Below the pieces are notes generated by a model. That model did not search any database, had not been told where the DNA came from, and worked only from the letters and a program-made list of their open reading frames with translations. From the NCBI RefSeq assembly GCF_902713615.1, contig NW_024056011.1, forward strand, positions 186,001 to 250,000: DNA of 64,000 nucleotides. The letters run 5' to 3'. Below, one piece after another: positions 36,515-49,500 of the stretch. Origin of the DNA: Scyliorhinus canicula. Its lineage: Eukaryota. Each line of letters begins with the position of its first letter. Position 1 is the stretch's first letter. The position numbers were made by a program, and so were the translations under genes.

Positions 36515-37252
36515 ATCAGCACCAGGTTCATCCACCTGAACGAACTATTTCTCTCTGAAAATGCGACCCGCCGAGTAACATATTGAGCAGCACTTCTGCT
36601 TCTGAGCTGTTTGACCTGGGTATAATTCTACTCCAGGATTTGTTGACCATGGGAGGACTGTTTGTGCAACTGAACCAGGTTTATTGATCAGCCTCCATAA
36701 AATCCTTCGACTTCCCCGCACCTTCCTCCGAGGTGGAAATAATTTGAATGTGCGAAAAACAAACGAATTTTCCATCCGATTTCTGATCTGTTGAGTCTTT
36801 CCAGCAGGCGTCTGTGTTTATTTTAGATTTCTAGTATATGTGGTCAGTTACCTTTGTTCTAATGTAATGGGAACTGCGGACAGATCTTGTCGGCATCAAG
36901 TCATGGTGGTACACTTAACCTCTGAGTCAGAAAATTGTGGGTGCAAGTCCAAGTCCGGAGCCTCGACCATATAATGCGGATCAATTCTCACCGTGATAGT
37001 TTAGATGAAACTCCTTGGTGCCCATTGTCCATTATTCCATAAACTTCAGATCCATAGGTGAAGGACAGACAAACACTGATCAGTATCTGCATTCACCGAA
37101 GTGCGGGTTACTGGCACAACAATGATGCTTGACGTCATTTCCCCCCTCCCCCACACCATTTGTAAATAACGAACAAATATTTCCATTAATGATGAAGTGA
37201 TTTACAACTGCCTGGCCCGGAGTCATGCAACGGCCCCAGTACAATTATCATC

Positions 37253-37825
37253 AGAGACTGGCTCCAGTGTATGAATAACAGAGACTGCCGGGCCCGGGGT
37301 CAGACTGGGGTCAGGTATAATAATAATCACAGAGACCGGCTCCAGTGTATCAATAACAGAGACTGCCGGGCCCGGGGTCAGGCTGGGGTCTGGTATAATA
37401 ATAATCACAGAGACCGGCTCCAGTGTATCAATAACAGAGACTGCAGGGCCCGGGGTCAGACTGGGGTCTGGTTTAATAATAATCACAGAGACCGGCTCCA
37501 GTGTATCAATAACAGAGCCTGCCGGGCCCGGGGTCAGACTGGGTTCTGGCATAATAATAATCAGAGACCGGCTCCAGTGTATCAGTAACAGAGACTGCCC
37601 GGCCCGGGGTCAGACTGGGGTCTGGTATATAAATAATCACAGAGACCGGCTCCAGTGTATCAATAATAGGCACCACAGGACCTGGGGTCAGACTGGGGGC
37701 TCGTATAATGATAATCAGAGACCGGCTCCAGTGTATCAATAATAGGCACCACAGGACCTGGGGTCAGACTGGGGGCTCGTATAATGATAATCAGAGACAG
37801 GCTCCAGTGTATCAATAACAGAGTC
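37253..37825. repeat. 76-78-bp minisatellite, ~7.5 copies
   Basis: AGAGACCGGCTCCAGTGTATCAATAA... unit starts at 37253, 37331, 37409, 37487, 37563, 37641, 37717 and 37793. Confidence 0.96.
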
Positions 37826-38444
37826 TGTTTCTAATCTGTTGCATTTTAACCTGGTGTTGCAGGACTTCTTACTGTGCCCACCCCGGTCGAAATCTGGCAC
37901 TTCCACATCAACCTGATGTGCAGGTAAGCAGGGTGCCGAATTTTATGAAGTGGAACTGTGAGAAAGCAATGACGCTCCGGGCCTTGACTCGATCTTCCGT
38001 GCATTAGAAAGGATTGGAAACATCAACGAGAGAGGCGCGTGGGACTGACTCCATCTGGGATCTTTAATACCCAAGGGGAGGACCATCATGGCGGACTCCA
38101 GAGGTTCCTGATATCTGTGGTGATAATGGTGCATCTGCCACGGGAATTCTTATCATTCTTCCCATCAGTTCTCCATCTACACAGTCACGCAAGACCCGGT
38201 TCCAGAATCTTCTGGAAACCAATGTTTCAAAATCAGATTGGGGTGCAAACTTTAAAAGTCACAACCACATCACAGGAAGAATTAGTGCCACAAATGTTCA
38301 AGATAATTTTGCTTTTTCAAAGCAAGTTCTATCCAGTGTTACTTTGTTCACAGAAGTGGATTGTAAACAGTGACGGACTTCTGAAAGAGTCCTGACAATT
38401 ATTGATATACACCATGGATATCAATAGATAGGATTAGCACACTA

Positions 38445-40060
38445 ATGAGGTAGTGATGGGCAAGCTAATGGGGCTAAAGGTATACAAGTCTCCTGGCCCT
38501 GATGGAATGTATCCCAGAGTGCTAAAAGAGATGGCTAGGGACATTGCAGATACACTAGTGATGATTTACCAAAATTCACTAGACTCTGGGGTGGTCCCGG
38601 TGGATTGGAAATTAGCAAACGTGACACCACTGTTTAAAAAAGGAGGTAGGCAGAGAGCAGGAAATTATAGGCCAGTGAGCTTAACTTCGGTAGTAGGGAA
38701 TATGCTGGAATCTATCATCAAGGAAGAAATGCGAGGCATCGGATATAAGTTGTCCCATTGGGCAGACGCAGCATGGGTTCATAAGGGCATGGTCGTGCCT
38801 AACTAATTTAGTGGAATTTTTTGAGGACATTACCAGTGCAGTGGATAACGGGGAGCCCATGGATGTGTATATCTGGATTCCCAGAAAGCTTTTGACAATG
38901 TGCCACACAAAAGGCTGCTGCATAAGTAAAGATGCATGGCATTAAGGGCAAAGTAGTAGCATGGATAGAGGATTGGTTAATTAATAGAAAGCAAAGAGTG
39001 GGGATTAATGGGTTGCTTCTCTGGTTTGGCGATCAGTAGATAGTGGTGTCCCTCAGAGATCCTGTTGGCCCACAATTGTTCACAATCTACATAGATGACT
39101 TGGAGCTGGGGACCAAGGGCAATGTGTCCAAGTTTGCAGATGACACTAAGATGAGTGGTAAAGCGAAAAGTGCAGAGGATACTGGAAGTCTGCAGAGGGA
39201 TTTGGATAGATTAAGTGAGTGGGCTAGGGTCTGGCAAATGGAATACAATGTTGAAAAATGTGAGGTTATCCATTTTGGTAGGAATAACAGCAAACGGATA
39301 TTATTTAAACAATAAAATATTAAAGCATGCTGCTGTGCAAGAGAGACCTGGGTGTGCTCGTGCATGAGTCACAGAAAGTTGGTTTACAGGTGCAACAGGT
39401 GATTAAGAAGGCAAATGGAATTTTGTCCTTCATTGCTAGAGGGATGGAGGTTTAAGACTAGCGAGGTTATGATGCAATTATATAAGATGTTAGTGAGGCC
39501 ACAGTTGGAGTGTTGTGTCAGTTTTTGGTCTCCTTACTTGAGAAAGGACCGTACTGGCGCTGGAGGGTGTGCAGAGGGATTCACTAGGTTAATCCTAGAG
39601 CTGAAGCGGTTGGATTATGAGGAGAGGTTGAGTAGACTGGGACTGTACTCATTGGAATTTAGAAGGATGATGGGGGATCTTATCGAAACCTTTAAAATTA
39701 TGAAGGGAATAGATAGGAGAGATACGGGCATGTTGTTTCCACTGGCGGGTGAAAGCAGAACTAGGGGACATAGCCTCAAAATAAGGGGAAGTAGATGAGG
39801 ACTTGAGTTTAGGAGGAACTTCTTCACCCAAAGGGTTGTGAATCTATGGAATTCCTTGCCCAGTGAAGCAGTTGAGGCTCCTTCATTAAATGTCTTTAAG
39901 GTAAAGATCGATAGTTTTTTGAAGAAAAAATGGGATTAAGGGTTGGTGTTCGGGCCGGAAAGTGGAGCTGAGTCCATAAAAGATCAGCCATGATCTCATT
40001 GAATGGCGGAGCAGGCTCGAGGGACCAGATGGCCTACTCCTGCTCCTAGTTCTTATGTTC
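38445..40060 (+). mobile_element. CR1-clade LINE, 5'-truncated, ORF2 RT disrupted
   Basis: KSPGPDGMYPRVLKE...GNYRPVSLTS, GPQLFTIYIDDL...SKFADDTK, RPQLECCVSFWSPYLRKD; (TTCTTATG) tail. Confidence 0.93.
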
Positions 40061-42242
40061 TTGTAATGATTATTTGATTCGCCTCAATGAAGGACAGAGG
40101 TAGGTACATTCGGCCAGCACGGTAGCACAATGGTAGCGCTATTGCTTCACAGCTTCAGAGTCCCAAGTTCGATTCCCAGTTTGGGTCACTGTCTGTGCGG
40201 AGTCTGCACGTTCTCCGCGTGTCTGCGTGGGTTTCCTCCGTGTGCTCCGGTTTCCTCCCACAAGTTCCGAAAGATGTGCTGTTAAGTGAACTGGACATTC
40301 TTAATTCTCCCTCTGTATACCCGAACAGGAGCGGGAATGTGGCGACGTGGGGCTTTTCACAGTAACTTCATTGCAGTGTTAATGTCAGCCTACTTTAGAT
40401 AATAAAGATTATTATTATCAAATGGTGCCGGAATGATGACATAGATGAACCATCCAAATGGACCCATTCTCCCTCATTCTTAAAACCTTCACTATTTATC
40501 CAAGTCATTTTACAAAGTTACCATTAAATCGGATTCAATCATTCTTTCCAGCTGTCTATTCCCGTTCATGAGAACTCGCTGTGTAAACCTAATCTTCCTG
40601 TTCAACACAGTAATTCTGTGTCCTCGGGTTACAGACCCGTTTGCCATTTGTAATAGTCTCTCTTTAATTACTCTGTTCAAACCGTCAAGGTTTTTTAAAG
40701 CAGGTTTATTAAATAGACACACAGAAAGTAGGAGAGCGATAAATGGAGAGATAGACAGTGTGAAACTGAGCGAAGATACTTCCTGAAGAGGAGAAAGAGA
40801 TACGCTGTGTTAACAGATAAAAGCTGAGAAACAGTAAAAACAAATTGCACAGAGAGAGGAAGAATGATAAAATAATAAAATGTAGGATGTTATTTCCTGG
40901 TTTCAGATAACCGTAGAAACTCAGTGACTGATCCACTGACCATCCAGTTATGTCCTCGAATGGAAGCTCTGAACAGATCACACGAGGCTCATTTTAAATG
41001 TCACCACAATGTGATCTGTGTGAGTCTGCGCGGACTCTATGGACAGATGCAGGCCGCACTGACAGATATTCTCACCAGATTGTGTCTCCTGGATTTATTT
41101 TTTGCTCAGAAGTGAGATGTGCGGTTTGGAACCGGCAGCAGAGAAACAGGAAGTTGTGTTACCTGAGAATGAAACAGGAGGCGTCAGTTTCATGTTATCA
41201 CCGTGATCAGCCTTCCTGCCTGTGAGGGTGAACTCACTCTGACAGCATCAAGAATGCTGCCGGTCTCTGCATTAAATTCACCTCCATTCCCATTCCCTTT
41301 AAAAAGTTAGGTTATTTCTACAAAAAACACATTAACTGAAGGGGAGATGGACAGAGGATTATCACTGGGAGAGAAGAAGGGGAATTAAAATATTTTCGCT
41401 AACAAGGTTATACCAAAGTAGAAAGTTTGAAATAAGTTGATATCTGAAAGAGAGAGAGAGAGAGAGAGAGAAGACAGTGAAGGGGTGGTGATGCGGCTAA
41501 GTGAATGAACTGGTGCCTTTCTGGCACTGACGTTTTCTTTGAAGACGTCTTGGCGTTTAGCCTTTTCAGACATAGAGAGTGTCTTAAAATATTTTAACAT
41601 TAGGTGCCAGATATGGCTGCTCTGTGCCTGTGGAAGTGACTCAAATCTGAGAGGGAGAAGAGGGATCAGCTGATGTGAATGAATGTTTGCGCAAGAGTTT
41701 ATAATCAAATGAGTTGCTTTGGCCTGGATGATGTCGAGTTTCTTCGATATTATTAGAGCTGCACCCAGCCGGGCAAGTAGAGAGTATTCCATTGAAGATG
41801 GAATTGTAGATAGTGAACAGGGTCAGTAGCTGAGTTACTCGCCACAGGTTTCCTAGCCTCTGACCGGATCTCGGTAGCCTCAGCCTTTAATGGCCACTCC
41901 AGTTCCGTTTCCGGTCAATGGTAGCCCCAAGATATTGATAGTGGGGGATTCAGTGATCACAATATCACTGAATATGAAGGGGCGATAGTTAGATTCCATT
42001 TTGCTGGAGATGGTCATTGTCTGGCATTTCTATGGCGTGAATATTACCAATTGTCACAATTCAGAGAGTTAAATAATTATATTCACCAATTATCATCAAT
42101 TCACATACATCAATAATAATCTTTATTAGTGTCACAATAGGCTTACATTAACACTATAATGAGGTGACTGAGAAAATCCCGCAGACACCACATTCCAACG
42201 CCTGTTCCTGTACACAGAGGGAGAATTCAGAATGTCTAATTC

Positions 42243-42590
42243 GGGGCAGCAGGGTAGCATGGTGGTTAGCATAAATGCTTCACAGCTCCAGGGTCCCAGG
42301 TTCGATTCCCGGCTGGGTCACTGTCTGTGTGGAGTCTGCACGTCCTCCCCCTGTGTGCGTGGGTTTCCTCCGGGTGCTCCGGTTTCCTCCCACAGTCCAA
42401 AGATGTGCGGGTTAGGTGGATTGGCCATGCTAAATTGCCCGTAGTGTCCTAATAAAAGTAAGGTTAAGGGGGGGTTGTTGAGTTACGGGTATTGGGTGGA
42501 AACGTGGGTTTGAGTAGGGTGATCATGGCTCGGCACAACATTGAGGGCCGAAGGGCCTGTTCTGTGCTGTACTGTTCTATGTTCTACCTA
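42243..42590 (+). mobile_element. Full-length young SINE
   Basis: Near-identical to 36166-36514. Confidence 0.9.
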
Positions 42591-45500
42591 ACAGCACGTC
42601 TTTGGGGAAATGTGGGAGGAAACCCATGAAAGTGAATTAAACGAGACCAAGGAGAATGAGCAGCTACTCAGCAGCCTCTGCATTATATTGGCAAATAATC
42701 AAAAAAACAGACATAAAACTGGAGAGTGTAATGATTCTTAAAGTGACGCTCGAAAATTCCTGCATATAATATGAAGTTAATGAATCTTTGAATCCCGATT
42801 TTTGTATTACACTATTTTGGAAAGCAATTCAAAATTTGCAGCTGTCCACTGAGTTTCGCAGTAGATCTGCCATCACATTAATATGCTTTAGCCTGTTACC
42901 TTCACTAATTTGGGTGAGGACATGTCGAGTGATTTGTTGCAAATGGAATGACCACATGTTCCAAATATTATAACCGTCCCTCCTCGACGTTAGCATGTTC
43001 CCGCTTTCTGCCTTTGATATGAAGATTCACCATCAGCAGAGAAAAATCATCAGGAATACCTCTAATCTGCTCTTGATGACCTCCAGCTCTTTAGTTCCCG
43101 ATAGTCTCTGGTTGGAATTCATCCAGAAAATCTCGAAGGACCGAATGTATCAGTCTGACACAAGTTATAAAGGACCTGCTTTAATTTATGACGTAGTCAA
43201 GCACAAAAATTTAAATGTGGAACAGGATCTTTTAGGTCCATCTCTGGAAACATTCATCAATCCATTCACTGATTCCTCAATCAAAACATTTCAGGCATCC
43301 AACTATCATTCATCTCTGCATCAACGCAGTAATCCCTTTATTTTTCGACAGATGGTAGCGTCGTATTAATGTCATTGGATAAGGAATCCAACGGCCCGAG
43401 CTTATTCTGTGGGACCTCGGGCACAAATCCCATCATGCTTGGTGGTGGAATTTGAATTCAGTTCATAAATCTGGAATGCACACTAACCGTGACCATGAAG
43501 TCCCCGCTGCTTTACTGGTGAAGGAAACATGATATCCCTCCCTTGTCTACACGGGACTCCAGTCAGCCAGCAACATGTCTGAGTTCTAGAGTAATTAGGA
43601 GTAGGGAAGACATGGTGGTCTTTCCAGTGAGAACCACATTCCACGGAAGAATAAATGGAAAACATATAATTAGACATGTTTATCTGTTCCAAAATGTACT
43701 CTGTCTGATAGTCTGTTTGTATTTCTACCCACATGAGATATTGGGAGATCCTTAAGCCTGCTATTGTTGATAAGAGGGGCATGAAAAGCTGGATAACTCT
43801 CCTTTCTTTAGAGATGGGAACAGTTCACATAGGTTCACAAATTAAAACATTAAATGATCTCCAGTACTGTTGCTGGGTAGATTTGTTTATAAATAGTCCT
43901 CATTGACAATGTTACGAGTTTGAAGTTGGCTTGCAGCCAAGCGGTCAGTACTGAGGAAACAGATCAATGAAAAAAATCCAGATGCTTCCTGTAAACAACA
44001 TTGAACATTCGAGCCTCCCTGACTGCAGGCGGCTGGATTGCTGCCAAATACTGTGTGGGGCAGATTAACCTGAATATGAATGGATTAAATGGGATTGATC
44101 CATTCAAACAATAAATGTTTCAGTCGCGCATGAAGTAAACGTTTTACATGGTGTTCCATCTAAGTAAATAATTTTCAGTGAATGTTTTGTTCACTCTCAG
44201 CTTAAACCCGATCGGAAAATAGGAAACTGACGCGATGTTATTTAATTTATATTAGTTCTGAGTAAAGGGCACTATAGTTATTAAAGTCCGTTTGTTAAGA
44301 AGCTAATAAAGTGAGAGTGAGTGGTGTTGATGGACACAATGCACAAGCCGTACAAGATGAATACAATTGCGAAAAAGGAAATTTAAAAAATAATAATGAA
44401 AATGCCTTGAAGCTGCCGGAATTCCTGGGACATTATCCGAGTTGTTCGCTTCGTTTAAACGGAGGAGCCTCTTATACCCGATTAGCACTGTGCAGTTTAA
44501 TTTTTGCTGATTGCCATGATTTAACAGTCCCTCTCATTGCTGCCAACGAGTGGAGAATTGACCAGTTCATAACCTGCTTCAGTGTAAGTTAAAATATTTA
44601 TTCTTGTGATATTGTGTAATATGCCGCAAAGTCCTGATATCCTGTGTTACCAACACGAGTGAATGTTAGACAACCGGTGGGCCAATAAAATTAGCGGCAA
44701 CGATTTGGATGCTGAAGGATAATTTTGCTGATCGCAGTGTCCGTTCCGATTCATTAACTTCTTTGTCAAATGTTAATGTCAATTTAATGTTTCTCTGTCA
44801 ACTCACTGTTGAATTATCAGGCAAGCGGCTTCTTTTACCGCTAATGTTTACAGGACTGTCTGAGGCTCAGCGGCAAAATGTGAGAAGAAACAAACATTGA
44901 ACATACAGTGGAGGAGGAGGCCATTCGGCCCATCGAGTCTGCACCGACCCATTTAAGCCCTAATTCCACCCTATCCGCTTAACCCTACGTAATGCGTAAT
45001 TTTGGTCACTAAGGGAAATTTATCATGGCCACTCACCAAATCTCCACGTCTTTGAACTGTGGGAGGAAACCGGAGCACCCTGAGGAAACCCGCGCAGACC
45101 CAGGGAGAACGTAAAGACTCCGTACAAACAGTGACCCAGCGAGGAATCGAACTTGGGACCCTGGTGCTGTGAAACCACAGTGCTATCCCCTTGTGTAATA
45201 AACTAAATTATGTAGTGCTTGTCATCCACATTGTAAATAGAAGCACTTTGTTCATCCTTGGCATTTAGTTACCTAAATCGATATCAAGTCCTCTGATAGA
45301 TAATACGTTATTGTTGTTTTGGGGTAAAGACGCTTGCAAATCAGACTGACAGGGTATTTTTCCCGTGTTCATGTATTGTTTAATCCTTTATGTTAATTCC
45401 CCTGAGAATAACAGAAATTAAGGGATTTGATTTAAAACATTTTTTTCTACAATTAACAGATTCTCAATTTCTTTTTGCCACAAGAATAAATGGAGACATC

Positions 45501-45639
45501 ACAATGAATACATTCAGACAACCAACTATCCGATACAGATAAATGTTAATTTTAATAATAACCTACAGTAAATCTCTGGGTCCATTCTGTTGGGGGTGTG
45601 GAAGGTGGGACGTGGATCCAGTCGCCGCCTCCAACAGGG

Positions 45640-45780
45640 AATCAACAGGCGGCGCCTGGAAAGCCGCCCCCTTCTGCCGGGTATTTAAATGCCGCTCACT
45701 GGGACCCGAATCCAACAGTCCGGGAGCTGGTTTGTTCACTGACTTCCTGACACAATAATTTCCCCCAAGTGACCAGAAGG
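45640..45780 (+). promoter_or_regulatory. VH promoter region (TATA-like TATTTAAAT at 45682-45690; CTCF-like motif at 45643-45656)
   Basis: TATA-like element ~90 nt upstream of the ATG. I saw no perfect ATGCAAAT octamer nearby, consistent with shark VH promoters. Confidence 0.55.
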
Positions 45781-46323
45781 ATGAGGTGGGCCATTTCTCT
45801 CAGTTCGTTGCTGACTTTCTTATCCCGTGAGTAGTTTTTATTGTCCAAGTCTCTCACTGTTACTGTCTCAGTGTTAGTCTCTCTCTGGAATGTCCCACAG
45901 TCACCAATCATTTCACCAGCATTAATCCTCGGGCTTTTTGATATATTTTTACAGGTGTCCAGTCGGATGTTGTGTTGACTCAGCCAGAGGCAGAGACCGG
46001 GCGTCCCGGAGGCTCCCTGAGACTGACCTGTAAAACCAGCGGCTTCAGTCTTGGCAGCTACTTCATGTACTGGGTCCGCCAGGCTCCCGGACAGGGGCTG
46101 GAGTGGCTGGTTTGGTACGGTAGTTCATCCAGCAACTATGCCCCAGCAATCAAGGATCGATTTACTGCGTCCAAAGACACGTCAAATAACATCTTCTCAT
46201 TGCTTATGACGAGCATGGAGACCGAAGACACCGCCATCTATTACTGTGCAGGGTACATGTATCAGGGGCTGGGCCACACCATCGGCTACTGGGGACAAGG
46301 CACCATGGTGACGGTGACTGCAG
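45781..46323 (+). CDS. IGHV: Germline-joined immunoglobulin heavy-chain VDJ, shark IgM-type (leader 45781-45826, VDJ exon 45955-46323)
   Basis: [15 protein letters not shown] + C|GTGAGT, 128-nt intron, TTTACAG|GT; [53 protein letters not shown]...[20 protein letters not shown]...[33 protein letters not shown] + G|GTAAAA; fully open, no RSS. Confidence 0.97.
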
Positions 46324-46591
46324 GTAAAACCATTCAATTATTTACTCACAGTTTTACTTCAGAATTTGTTCTTTTTTTTCTATTTTAACGATTAATCCGT
46401 TCACTGGTATGTCGGTTTGGTGGATTCTGTTTTGAAATTTTGTTCCAATTTTTATGTGATTCTGCTGAAAAAGGTTATCGAATTACTCTGTCTCATGACA
46501 ATAGGTTCTGCTGAGGGATTTAGTCCCTATTTGTTGTGATTGAATGAGTATTTTCTGAGGATACAATGTGGCTGGGTTACTTTAAATATCT

Positions 46592-49500
46592 TTTTTTTAA
46601 AATAATTTTTATTGAAAAATGTTGATTTTATACAACATTGACGCACCTCAGTAAAATACCGAAAATAACAATAATATTAACAATCATATACATTCGCCCC
46701 ACCTCCATGAACAACACAGCATTTTAACAACAACGCAAATTAACACACTATAAAGTTACAGAATAAACACTACAATAATGCACCCCCCCCCACCCCCCCC
46801 CCCCCCCCCCCCCACCCCCCCGGGTTGCTGCTGCTATTGACCAAGATACCTATCTCTGAGCCAGGAAGTCCAGAAAAGGCTGGCATCGTTTATAGAACCC
46901 TTGTATTGATCCTCTCAGGGAAAATTTGACCTTTTCCAATTTTATAAATCCCGCCATGTCACTGATCCAGGTCTCCACACTTGGGGGCCTCGCATCCTTC
47001 CATTGTAACAGAATCCTTCAACCGGCTACTAGGGACGCAAAGGCCAGGACACCGGCCTCTTTCGCCTCCTGCACTCCCGGCTCTACCGCAACTCCAAAAG
47101 TTGCGAGTCCACACCCTGGTTTGACCCTGGATCCAACCACCCTCGACACCGTCCCCGCCACCCCCTTCCAGAATTCTTCCAGTGCTGGGCATGCCCAGAA
47201 CATATGGGCGTGGTTCGCTGGACTCCCCGAACATCTGGTGCACCTGTCCTCACCCCCAAAGAACCTACTCATCCTAGTCCCGGACATGTGGGCCCGGTGC
47301 AGCACCTTAAATTGGATGAGGCTAAGCCTCGCACACGAGGAGGAAGAGTTGACTCTCTCCAAGGCATCCGCCCAAGTCCCGTCCTCTATCTGCTCCCCGA
47401 GTTCCTCCTCCCATTTAGCCTTCAGCTCCTCCACTGACGACTCCTCCACCTCCTGCATTACCTTATAGATGCCAGACTCCTTCCCCTCTCCTACCCACAC
47501 CCCCGAAAGCAATCTGTCCATCGTCCCCTGCGAGGGCAGCAAAGGGAATCCCTCTACCTGTCGCCTAGCAAACGCCTTTACCTGCAGGTATCTGAACATG
47601 TTCCCTTGGGGAAGGCCAAATTTATCTTCCAGTTCCCCAAGGCCCGCAAACCTCCCGCCAATAAACAGGTCCCTCAATTTGCTGATGCCCGCCCTTTGCC
47701 AGCCCCTGAATCCCCATCCGTGTTCCCCAGGATGAACCTATAGTTGCCACCCAGTGGAGCCTCCATCGAGCCCCCTGTTTCCCCCCCGATGCCGTCTCCA
47801 CTGTCCCCAGATTATTAGGGTCGCCACCACCACCAGTCTTGTGGTAAACCTCTTAGGGGAGAGCGGCAACGGTGCCATTACCATGGCACCCAGGCTCGCA
47901 CCTCTACATGACGCCATCTCCATTCTTTTCCACGCTGCCCCTCCCCCCTCCATCACCCATTTACGCACCATTGACACATTGGCTGCTCAATAGCACCCCA
48001 GAAGGTTGGGCAGCGCCAGCCCGCCTCTATCCCTCCCTCGCTCCAGGAACACCCTCTTCACTCTCGGAGTCCCATGTGCCCACACAAAGCTCAGAATACT
48101 GTTGGTCACTCTCCTAAAGAAGGCCCTGGGGATAAATATGGGAAGGCACTTAAGAAGGAACAAGAACCTCGGAAGCACCGTCATTTTGACGGACTGTACC
48201 CTCCCCGCCAACGACAATGGAAGCATGTCCCACCTCCTGAACTCCTCCTCCATCTGATCTACCAGTCTGGTGAAGTTATGCTTGTGAAGAGTCCCCCAGT
48301 CCCTGGCCACCTGCACCCCCAGGTACCTAAAGCTCTCCCCTGCCCGCCTAAGCGGGAGCCTACCAATTCCTTCCTCCTGGTCTCCAGGGTGCACCACAAA
48401 CACCTCGTTCTTGCCTAACTTTAATTTATAACCTGAAAAGGTCCCAAACTCGGCTAGCAACTCCATCACTCCTGGCATCCCTCCCACCGGGTCCGCCACA
48501 TACTGTAACAGGTCGTTGGCATACAACGACACCCTATGTTCCTCTCCACCTCGCACCAAGCCTCTCCACCTCTCTGAATCTCTCAACGCCATCGCCAGCG
48601 GCTCGACTACCAGTGAAAACAACAAGGGGGACAGAGAGCAACCCTGCCTGGTCCCTCGGTAAAGCCAGAAGTACTCCGACCTCCTCCTATTCGTGGCCAC
48701 GCACGCCATCGGGGCCTCATATAGCAGCCTTACCCATCTAATGAACCCTTCACCAAATCCAAACCTCCCCAACACCTCCCATAAGTACCCCCACTCCACT
48801 CTATCGAAGGCCTTCTCCGGATCCAGCGCCACCACTATCTCTGCCTCCCCCTCAATCGCCGGCATCATGATGACATTCAACAATCTCCGCACATTCGTGT
48901 TCAGCTGCCGTCACTTCACAAAACCTGTCTGGTCCTCGTGTACAACCCTTGGCACACAGTCCTCTATCCTGGTGGCCAGGATTTTTGCCAGCACCTTAGC
49001 GTCCACGTTGAGGAGAGATATGGGCCTGTATGAACCACACTGCTGGGGGTCCTTGTCGTTCTTTAAAATTAACGAGATCAGCGCCCGCGGCTTCGTCAGG
49101 GGCAAAGTCCCCCCTTCCCACGCTTCGTTGAGTGTCTGCACCAGCAAGGGGCCCACTAGGTCCACAAACTTTTTATAAAATTCCACCGGGAACCAATCCG
49201 GCCCCGGTGCCTTCCCTGACTGCATCTGCCCGATCCCGTTGACTAGCTCCTCCAGCTCAATCGGCGCACCCAGCCCCGCCACCTTCTCCTCCTGCACCTT
49301 CGGGAAAGAAAGCCTGTCAAGGAACCTCTCCATTCCCCTCCTCTCCCCCGTTGGCTCCGACCGGTACAGTTCCCCGTAAAAGCCCTTGAAGACCTCATTC
49401 ACCTCTACCCCCTTCCGTACCACATTCCCACTCTTGTCTCTCACTCCAGCAATCTCCTTAGCTGCATCCCGCTTACGGAGCTGATGTGCCAGCATCCTAC

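Noticed and set aside
37223-37739. Repeat-protein-like ORFs
   Set aside because: The 78-bp unit is a multiple of 3; no splice or start context.
41168-41680. Leader-like segment with G|GTGAAC and a VEVTQ-like fragment upstream of the VH
   Set aside because: Needs a frameshift, has a stop and no W/C motifs; too weak to call.
42790-42900. Minus-strand ACAAAAATC nonamer-like motif near IYC..CTCAGTG
   Set aside because: The spacer would be ~41 nt, and no V framework is recognisable upstream.
31800-45700. D segments, J segments or NAR-TCR V segments upstream of the VH
   Set aside because: I found no RSS-flanked short segments or V frameworks by eye; an RSS scan would be needed to exclude them formally.
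45781-46323. Processed (retrotransposed) IgH pseudogene interpretation
   Set aside because: The leader intron and J splice donor are retained, with no C exon fused and no poly-A or TSD.
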